From Octopus vulgaris (taxonomy: Eukaryota): a stretch of 64,000 bases of DNA. Shown piece after piece: positions 54,318 to 64,000 of this stretch. The stretch lies in NCBI GenBank assembly GCA_951406725.2, contig OX597816.1:115072001-115136000 (forward strand), in the 5' to 3' direction. Under the pieces are notes generated by a model. That model was not told where the DNA came from. It ran no database searches and saw only the letters and a list, made by a program, of their open reading frames with translations. How positions within the stretch are numbered: position 1 is the first letter of the stretch; the number at the start of each line of letters is the position of its first letter. A program made the position numbers and the translations under genes.

Positions 54318-56104
54318 CAAATGTCAAATAATAAACGTTATCTCTATATGACAGCTTCATTTACTAAAAATAGAAGACAAATCTCCTTTAAATCTCAAGC
54401 AAGTATCTTAAAAAGCAGAACACATTGGACAATGTGGTGTTTGGATGCCCTACACATTGCTAAAAACAATGACAAAAAAATAAAAAGCGAAAATGCACGG
54501 GATGGTCATGGTTAGAACGTCTTTGTATCCTTGTCGTCGTCGTCATCACATATCATCACCAAAACTACTATCATTACTACCTCCAGTACCTCTATCAAGA
54601 ACTACCACATCAACACCAACACCATCAGCAACACTAATGTCACCAGTGCAGTCATCATCATCTTGTCATTGTCACCACCACCACTACCCCCATCATCATC
54701 ATCATCATAATCATCATCATCATCTCCTCATCCTTGTCAGTTTACTATGAGTCTCCTCCCTCTCACCTATAACCAAAAGAGAGACTTTTGTTACCAGAAT
54801 CTGATATAGAGAAACTATTTCCAAGATAACAAAATAAGAGTTATATTTTCAATGATAATAATAATAATAATAACAAAATAATAGTTATATTTAATAAAAA
54901 AAAAATAATAATAATAATAATAAATAAATAAAAAGAAAAGGCCAAAAAACGAAATCCTCTCCATCTGGAAAAATATATCTATGATAATGATAATCACTGT
55001 GGTGGTAGTAGCAGGAATGTTTATACTGAAAGTTGTGGGTTGATGGGGGGTGGGGGTATAGGGACTAAATCTTTGGAAGTTAAGTAGGAGTGATGCCATT
55101 GTTTGTTTTTGTTTCGTTATTTTGGTCTTTCTTGAACAGGAGCCCCACCTTCTCTTAATTCCTTTAATCCTCTTCAAACGCCACACCCTATATTCAATTG
55201 GGGTTTTTTTTTTGTTGCTTTTTGTTTTTGTTTTTGGAAACTGCTTAGAATATTCTTTGACTGCTGTCACAATATTAGAGGGATTAATTATGGTGCCAGC
55301 CAGCAACAACAACTAAAATAACACTTAATAATAACAGCGCCAACAAGGATGGGAAGGGGTCTCTATGGGGTTGCTTGAAATGCTAGATATAGCAACCAGT
55401 TTAAAATTTTCCTTGCATCAAGTAAAAGTAAATTATCATGGGATTGCACCTAGAAAGTTCCCCTCTGAGGCACAAGACCAGTCAAGGTTGTTTACTGAAG
55501 ACCAGCAGTCACCCATGCATACTAGCCTTCCCTCTCTGTGCCACCAATTTTATCCAAGGGAAAGGCAAAAACTGATACAGCTTGGCACCATTAATGTCAC
55601 AATTTATTTCTACAGCTGAGTGAACTGGAATAATGTGAAATAATGTTCTTGCTCAAGAACACAACACACAGCCCAGTCCAGAAACTGAACTCACTACCTC
55701 ACGACTGTGAGCCCAACATTCTAATGACTGAGCCATGCAACTTAACACTGCTATTTTTCACCTGTCGTTACATTCTGAGCTCAAGTTCCACTGACGTCTC
55801 AACTTCGCTTTTCCTCATTTTGGGGTTGATGAAATAAGTACCATTTGAACACTAGGGTTGGTGGCACTGACATCTCCATCCCTCAAAATTGTTGGCCTTG
55901 TACCAAATTAGGAAAAGATTATTAAGGCATCAAACTGGCAGAATCATTATTCATATCGGACAAAATGCTTAGCATAATTTCTTCTGGCTCTTAATATTTC
56001 ATTTTTCCAGGGTAGATAACATAAGTACCAGTTAAGCACTGAGATCGATGTTATTAACCAGCCTCTCCACAAAAATCCCAGGCCTTGTGCCTATTGTTGA
56101 AAGG

Positions 56105-56106
<2 letters not shown>

Positions 56107-56137
<31 letters not shown>

Positions 56138-56190
56138 GCTTCTTCTTCTTCTTCTTCTTCTTCTTCTTCTTCTCCTCCTCCTCCTCCTCC

Positions 56191-56269
<79 letters not shown>

Positions 56270-56287
56270 CATCATTATTATTATTAT
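56107..56287. repeat. (GTT)(CTT)(CCT)(CAT)(TAT) compound triplet array
   Basis: Direct reading. Confidence 0.95.
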
Positions 56288-58200
56288 TTCTTTTTATTGC
56301 AGGTTTTGTTGGAGCTCCTGGAGTTTTGCATGTGTAGCAAGCTCACTACCTGCAGCTTATGGTACCATGCTATCCATTCATTTCAACTAATACTTTCCTG
56401 AATATTCTAGCCATGCCAAGGAAGCAAACCTCTTGTAACAGTTCTACAGGGTACTCTATTCCAATTTCTTTTCTATCCCTCTTGATGCCTTCTGATACTG
56501 TCCCCAAGGACCCAACAATAATTGGCACTACCTTCATCTTCTTCATTTTCCATTTATCTATTTTTTACCTTCCTTCTTGGCTATTTGTGGGTCAAAGGGG
56601 CATGGAACATCAACTACATAGCACATGTGGTGCATTTTGTCAACTATCACTAGGTTCAGTCTCTTATACTCTATCACCTGATTTGTTTGGATTAGGAATC
56701 CCAGAGGGTTTTGCTAGTCTCCAACTCCACCACTCTCTGCAGTTTGTGCTCATACCATGTCTTGCCTCTATCTCACTCTCATTTTTTGCACAGTTTCTAA
56801 TGTAGCATTTTCACTATCTGATCATGTCACCACAGCTTGTAATGGTTTGGGGAAAGTCTAGGGCATTCATTCTTGGTATGGGCAATGGTTTTGTCCACAT
56901 TATTACAGATGCAGCACAGCGAAGACACTTGCTCATTCCAAAGGTTGACCCACCAGTTCTTGGCCAAAGCTTGGTCTTGCGCTGCCAGAATAGGGCTCTC
57001 AGTTTCATTTTTTAATGTTCCTTTCTTCAGCCACCTATGTTTTCCAGCAACTTCTATTGCGGCTACATGGAATTGAATGTGTAGCCCCTTGTTGCATAAT
57101 TCTTCTTCATGTCCTTTTTGTACTTCTTCCTTTGTTTACACTTTATTCTCTGCTTTCAATACTCCTTCATCCCTAACTGACACTAGCAAGGTTTCTTTAC
57201 TTTGGGCTAGGTATCTCATTACGCTCTCGAGTTTGATACATGCACAGTCTTCCATACTTATCAGTCTTCTTCCTCCATTTGCTCTCTTCATGTATAGGTG
57301 GTCAGTGTTTGCATGTGAATGATGGACTCCCTGCATTGTTAAGAGCTTTCTTGACCTCCTGTCCATCTCCTTTAGCTCCTCCTCTGCCCACTTCAGGATT
57401 CCAGTGCCATACCAAACTGCCGAAATTATGTTTCTGGCTTTCAGCTTTGAAACCAATATTTTGCTCTCACAGCATGTACTTTGTCTTTTTTTTCATATCA
57501 TTGGATTTAATTCCATCTGCCTCAAGTATTCATAGCTGGATTGAGGTTGAACTGCCTTCATCATTTCACCACTTGGCATCCATATGCCTTCTGTCCTGAC
57601 AAGCTTTCCTTGTCTCATCCCCATTGTAGCACATTTTGAGATTCCAAACCCCATCTTAATATCATCGGAGAAAATCTGCACAGACTGTACTAGGCTGTCC
57701 AGTTCTACCTCACTTTCTGTGTACGACTTCAAGTCATCCATGAATAGCAAGTGGTTCAGTTTTCCCTTACCTCTTTCCAGATCATACTCCATTTTTGTTT
57801 TCTTTAGTATTTAACTCAAGGGGATCATTCCCAACACAAAGGTCATTGAGGACACACTGTCCCCCTGGAAGAGTCCTCTCTTGATTTTCATCTCTCTTTA
57901 TAACTGATTCCCTGCTGTCAATTCCATTCTCCAGCATTTCATACGGTTTCATATAGGGCTTCTCATGTTTTCTGCTACTCCATACATTTCCATTGTTCTT
58001 GTTATCCAGGAGTGAGGTATCATATCATATGCTTTATGGTTGTCAATCCATGCCATGCTCAGGTTTGCTTGTCTTCTCTTACAGTTCCTGATAATTAGAT
58101 TGTCAATTAACAGCTGATCTTTCATTCCCTGACTCCTCTTTAGGTAACAGCCCACATTTTTCCATGTATCTATACAGTTCATCAACCAAAGCACCTGACA
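56288..58200 (-). mobile_element. R4/Dong-clade LINE, 5'-truncated and decayed (RT, zinc knuckle, part of REL endonuclease, 3' UTR), embedded in TAA arrays
   Basis: KDQLLID...[18 protein letters not shown]; NHLLFMDDLK; LYMKRANGGRRL; VVPIIVGSLG; (TAA)n at both ends. Confidence 0.92.
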
Positions 58201-58201
58201 A

Positions 58202-58268
58202 ATTATTATTATTATTATTAATATTATTATTATTATTATTATTATTATTATCATTACTATTATTCTTA

Positions 58269-58314
<46 letters not shown>

Positions 58315-58331
58315 CATTACTATTATTCTTA

Positions 58332-58374
<43 letters not shown>

Positions 58375-58400
58375 TATTATTATTATTATTATCATTATTA
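58202..58400. repeat. (ATT)n array with a 63-bp higher-order duplication
   Basis: ATCATTACTATTATTCTTATC at ~58250 and ~58313. Confidence 0.85.
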
Positions 58401-59169
58401 GTATTGGTATTAAGGCAGTGAGCTGGTAGCAATGTTAGCACACCCCAGACAAGATACTTTCTATAATGGGCCAATGCAGTAATAAAATCTTCACCTACCA
58501 ATGACCTGATATATATTTTAAAAATAGAACCCACACTTTTGAATTTCTAATTTCTTAAAATAACATGACACAGAAAACAAAAACAGAACAATAAATAAAA
58601 AGATAAATAAATAGATAAATAAATATGTACATAAATAAATAAATCAATAAATAAACAACTAAACAAATAAATATATAAAAGACACAGGAGTGCCATTGCT
58701 AGAAAGAATACTGATCAAATAGTTCTTTGATCAGCTAACTCTATCACAGCACAGAAGTGAGTTAGAAACCTTAACAACAATAACACTCCTACTTGTTCTA
58801 AACATTATATCCTTGATGTGAAATCTTGTTTCAATCATGAACACATGTTTTGAATTCTAAGTTGCAGGATGTAAAAAACCTGTTTAGATTTGAATTTCAA
58901 CATAACAGATGTAAGAAATTACCAATTTGTCTAGCATTGTGTAACTGCACCCGGATTTCTTTGAGAAGTAAGAGAGCCAAGTGGATAATGGACACCAGTA
59001 GCAGTCCTTTTGGCAACTCCAATATTTCTGATACATAATGAAGCAAGTTATAATAACATGAGCCAAAAAGAGGTCACTACAAGGCAACAAGAAATAGTGA
59101 CCAAATCTTCCTCAGAATCATAACTGCACCTCTTAAAAGTCAGATACATTTCTGTCTTGTATTTATGAA

Positions 59170-59810
59170 GGAAATGGTGTTTGAAGCAGGAAGTACATGG
59201 TACAATCACTGGGTAGAAAGAGTACTTGAGTTGGAAATATGCAAGATTATGTAGGATTTTCAATTCAAATAGATAAGAAAATAAAACATGACAAACTAGA
59301 TATTACAGTAATAGAGAAGAAAATTTGAAGTTGCTTACTGCTTGAGCCACCAATGTGAATAAAGCAGATGAAAAGTTGAAAAAATACAATACCCTAAAAT
59401 TTGGGTTTGTGAAGATTTGGAACATGTAATCTATAAGGGTTGTACCTGTGATAATTGGTGCATTAAGAACTATGACTGATGATATAGACAAATGGATAAA
59501 AGGAGATTGGAATAGATTGCAGATTGGAATGGGTTAAGGTGGCAAGCTGGCAGAAACGTTAGCACGCCGGGTGAAATGCTTAGCAGTATTTCGTCTGCCA
59601 CTACGTTCTGAGTTCAAATTCCGCCGAGGTTGACTTTGCCTTTCATCTTTTCGGGGTCGATTAAATAAGTACCAGTTACTGGGGTTGATATAATCAACTT
59701 AATCCATTTGTCTGTCCTTGTTTGCCCTCTCTGTGTTTAGCCCCTTGTGGGTAGTAAAGAAATAGGATTGTCCTGTAGAGCTTCTGATGAAGGTTTGACT
59801 TTCTACATAC
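59170..59810 (+). mobile_element. R4/Dong-clade REL-domain remnant interrupted by a family A SINE (59536-59764)
   Basis: WYNHWVERVLELEICKIM*DF/IQIDKKIKHDKLDI...KY...VVPVIIGAL...GIDC|PVELL continuing after the SINE. Confidence 0.75.
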
Positions 59811-59899
59811 TATGGTAATTCATGGAAGCAGCCTGTACTAACACAGAAACTCTCCGACAATTTTATGTTCAAATTTTCATTAGCACTTTGATATACAGA

Positions 59900-60505
59900 C
59901 TTCAAAGTTTGGTACATGGCTGACAATTTCAGGGAAGGTGGTAAGTCGATTAAATTGACCACATTGCTCAAATGGTACTTATTTTATTGACCCTGGAAGG
60001 ATGAAAGGCAAAGTCAACTTTAGCAGAATTTGAGCTCAGAACACAAAAATAGACAAAATGCCACTAAACATTTAACTTGACATGCTAACGATTCTGTCTA
60101 ACATTTCTACTATAGGTACAAGGCCTGAAATTTTGAGGGAAGGGTGATAGTTGATTACATCAACTCCAGTTCTTGACTGGTACTTATTTTATTGACTCCA
60201 AAAGGATAAATGGTAAAGTCGACCTCGGTAGCATTTGAACTCAAAATGTAAAACTAGAAATCTCACTAAAACATATTGGCTAGCATGCTAATGATTCTTC
60301 CAGCTCACCACTTTACACTTTGATATATTGGTTTCAAATTTTGGCACAAGGCCAGCAGTTTACAGAGGATGGGAGTAAGTCAATTACATAAACCCCAAAA
60401 GGATAAGTTGACCTTGGCAGAATTTGAACTCAGAATGTGGAGACAGACGAAATTCCATTAAGCATTTTACTCAACATGTTAATAATTCAGCCAGCTCACC
60501 ACTTT
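59900..60505 (-). mobile_element. Tandem stack of decayed family A SINE monomers
   Basis: Repeated AAGGCC...GATTACAT...GGTACTTATTT...GAATTTGAACTCAGAA units. Confidence 0.75.
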
Positions 60506-60555
60506 GCACTTTGATATTTTAGCGTCACAAATATATATGTTCAAATCACAGTTAC

Positions 60556-60784
60556 TTAACACTTTCATTACTGTATTTATTTTGAGATGTTCTGTGTTTC
60601 TTTCAATTATTTTGAATATAACAAAGAATTTAGTAAAATAACTTAGTTATCTTTAAGCTAGTGCTAGGAACATAACTTGTGACTAAGGTTTGGAAGAATA
60701 TTTTAATTTTAAACTTAAGAAAACAAGACATTTGTACTACAGAGCCAGAGACGGTTTTGGCCAGGCTGGTAATGAAAGGGTTAA
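60556..60784. mobile_element. piggyBac-like MITE with TTAA ends
   Basis: TTAACACTTTCATTAC ... GTAATGAAAGGGTTAA inverted termini. Confidence 0.7.
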
Positions 60785-61515
60785 ATACATTGTCACTACT
60801 AAATGTATCTCAACATTAATTCAAATCCATTCTAACACTGATACTCAAAGATATGCATACATACACATACATGCAAGTATGATACACACATTCTCTCTCT
60901 CTCTCTTGCATTCTTTTTTGACTTTCTCTCTCTTGCAGTTTTCAACTTTACAAAATGATAATGCAAATGCACTTATATATATATACCAAAATAGCTGCAA
61001 ACTCTGATATCTCACTTTTAGTAAATCTAACAGAAAAAATAAAAACAAAAAAAAACCCCCACTAACACCATCTGTACCAAAACCTCCAAGCATAAGAAAT
61101 ACTTTTAAGGAACCAAACTTGAAGCAACAATCTAAGACTGTCAACATAATATACCAACTAAAGATGACGTGTTTTAGTATTTAGCATGGTTTGAAAACAA
61201 ACTGCAAAATAAATTGTTTGATAGGTGCAGGCACAGGTGTGTGGTTAAGATGTTCATTTCAGAATTATATGATTTAGGATTCATTACCATCACATGCGCA
61301 GTGTTGGCTGATGTCTTCTTCTATAGTTGCAGGTTGATCAATGTTTTGGAAATGAAATTTGGTTGATGGAAACTGGAAGAAGCCCATTTGAATGAAAGTG
61401 TGTGCGTATCTATTTGCCTTTCTAACTGACTGTCTGTTTGTCTATCTATCTATCTAAATATACATTTGTCATCATCATCAGGATCATCATTTAATATCCA
61501 TTATCCATGCTGGTG

Positions 61516-61557
<42 letters not shown>

Positions 61558-61705
61558 TGTGTATATGATTAAGAGAAATAGCCTCTATTAATAACTCTTG
61601 TTTATATTCCCTACTACTACTACTACTACTACCACTACCACTACTACTATTATTATTACTATTATTATTACTATTATTATTACTATTATTATTACTATTA
61701 TTACT

Positions 61706-61736
<31 letters not shown>

Positions 61737-62243
61737 TTTTATTTTTATGCACCCTTTTCAAGCCTAGCCAGGCTCATGGGTCCGGTTTCCTGGTTTCTGT
61801 GGCGCATCTTTTATATTGTTAGAAAAGGAAGGACAGCAAGTAGGACACTTTATTTTGGCTTTTGAAGAATGGATAAAGTTATTCTCAAACAAGGGACCCA
61901 ACTTGAATGCTTGCAACAGAATGAATTTCATTAAAGGCACCCAACGTTGATGATTAATGCATATGTGTGTATAATTGGGTGATGGATTAAGTCTACCACT
62001 CAAAATACCACAATAAACAACACAAGGTATCTAACACTGTAAAACTCCTGCCAATCCACTGCCCTGGACTGTAGGTATATTTCATTGACCCTGGAATGAT
62101 AAAAAGGAAAGTAGGCTTTGAGGAATTTAACCTTTTAGCATTTAAATCAGCCATGTCTTACCCTTATTATCCTCTTTGGCTTATGTTCAAACCTGCTGGA
62201 TCTGGACTCACACCTAGCCTATAACGTCATTCTAAAATTAAAC

Positions 62244-62553
62244 TATCATCATCATCATCATCATCATCATCATCGTTTAACGTCCGCTTTCCATGCTAGC
62301 ATGGGTTGGACGATTTGACTGAGGTCTAGTGGACCAGATGGCTGCACCAGGCTCCAATCTGATCTGGCAGAATTTCTACAGCTTGATGCCCTTCCTAACG
62401 CCAACCACTCCAAGAGTGTAGTGGGTGCTTTTATGTGCCACCGATATGAGGGCCAGTCAGACGGTACTGGCAACGGCCATGCTCAAATGGTGCTTTTTAA
62501 TGTGCCATCTGCACAGGAGCCAGTCCAGTGGCACTGGCAACAACCTCGCTCGA
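62244..62553 (-). mobile_element. Family C repeat nested in a TTAA-CC-type MITE (~62127-62660)
   Basis: (CAT)n-CGTTTAACGTCCGCTTTCCATGCTAGC...; MITE sequence resumes after 62553. Confidence 0.7.
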
Positions 62554-63225
62554 ATATCATCAAAATCTCAAGGCTATGAGATAATGCAAGACTTATTCAA
62601 AACAATGTGAATAAATAAGTATTACATATAACAGATTAATCTCTAATGGTAACGGATTATACTTTGATTGTAAAAAGCCAGAACAAGCACTGCAAGGCAT
62701 TTTGCTCTATATTCTAACATCTTTGCATGTTTACTATCCTGGATAGGTAAAGGTAAAAAAAGTAAAGTTACCTTCTTGTGTTATACCAAATCATAAAGAT
62801 TTCCATGGCATATAAATTCCCCATCTGGACAGAATGTTGGTCCATCGCAGGATTATTCATTTTTACAAGCTGAATGGACTGGAGTAACATGAAATGAAGT
62901 GTTTGTCTCAAGAACACAATGCATTGCCCAGTCCAGAAATCGAAACCACAATCTTACGGTCTTGAGTCCAACACCCTAACTATTAAGCCATGCACCTCCA
63001 CTACTGTTCTTGATACTCTATGCATGAATATAATTATTTTCTCTCTGATAAGGAGCCACTGCCAAAATATCACAGACCATCTTCTTCATTTACAGCTCAC
63101 AAACTTATCAAAATTTATGAAAATCATTATAATTTTTAACAATGCAGACTCTTGTCAGTTTCCTTAGATTTTGTTGTTTTATTGAAGACAAAACGGTATG
63201 ACAATGCAATAAGAGTGGAATCTCT

Positions 63226-63260
<35 letters not shown>

Positions 63261-64000
63261 ATATATAAATATATAAATGTATACATATATATATGGGCTT
63301 CTTTTAGTTTCTGTCTACCAAATCCACTCACAAAGCTTTGGTCAACCTGAGACTATAGTAGAAGATATTTTCCCAAGGTGCCATGCAGTGGGAGTGAACC
63401 TGGAGCCATGTGGTTTGGAAGAGTGAAAATATAAAATGATGATGGTAGTAGTTCAAGAAAGACGATTTTGCAATTTCTCTATGAACATCCAACACAAATA
63501 GCTTGTTTATAGAGATCGAATGTATGCACTGTATATATGCTAATAACTCCTTTCATCAAATCTGAACAGGTGAATAGTGTACCACATGTCAGGTGTCAAA
63601 GTGATTGCAGGGCAACATGAAATGAAGTGTTTTGCTCAAGAACACAATACATTACCTGGGCCGGAAACTGAAAACACAAGTGCAACACCCTAACCCCGAG
63701 ATCATATGCATTTGACAATTGCTCACTGTACTGAGCTATTGATGGTAATGGATAAGGAAAATTATGTTTGAGATGACACTGAAGATTTTGTTCAACTAAA
63801 ATGTATTTTAGCCAAGACATTTTGAATAATGTGTTCTTGCAAATCTTTATACAGTATAATGTAAAGGTAGATTGTATCATCACATTGTGGTAAAAGGTGA
63901 CTAAAAGGGCTGATGGTGGGATGGACATATGGCTATAAAACTTTAGCTTCAAAAGTGAAACCTTAACAAATAAAAGACAGTCCACAAGCCCTACAACAAC

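Noticed and set aside
58710-58765. miR-2-like TATCACAG next to small hairpins
   Set aside because: No complementary arm for a pre-miRNA stem, and the 3' part does not match miR-2
59784-59790. CTGATGA hammerhead core
   Set aside because: Falls in the R4 coding remnant (PVELL...) with no properly placed GAAA or stems
59900-60505. Regularly spaced repeats suggestive of a CRISPR-like array
   Set aside because: Units are ~200-bp decayed SINE monomers in eukaryotic DNA, with no short repeat-spacer structure or cas genes

Overview
Very AT-rich, microsatellite-saturated animal DNA. The repeat repertoire (Nin/Deu-domain and other tRNA-derived SINEs, RTE and R4/Dong LINEs, Penelope-like elements, mariner, Helitron) is what I associate with an octopus/coleoid cephalopod intron or intergenic region; the species assignment is inference. 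I found no intact host gene, and almost all ORFs in the track are microsatellite artefacts or decayed TE fragments. The recognisable coding remnants are TE domains and a processed pseudogene of ribosomal protein S27 (minus strand, 3.6-3.8 kb), which the ORF track misses. The main discovery is a set of unrelated, non-coding retroelements, mostly in or beside (TA)n tracts, that carry type I hammerhead ribozymes on the minus strand. The best is a young 498-bp unit with a perfect 111-bp terminal direct repeat (12891-13499) and an apparently intact hammerhead (13019-13125, GUA cleavage site) in a highly structured RNA, i.e. a retrozyme-like or Penelope-dependent circular-RNA element. Decayed or rearranged hammerheads of other families lie at about 6.2, 14.6, 17.5, 25.8 and 53.3 kb. 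All folds and alignments were done by eye.
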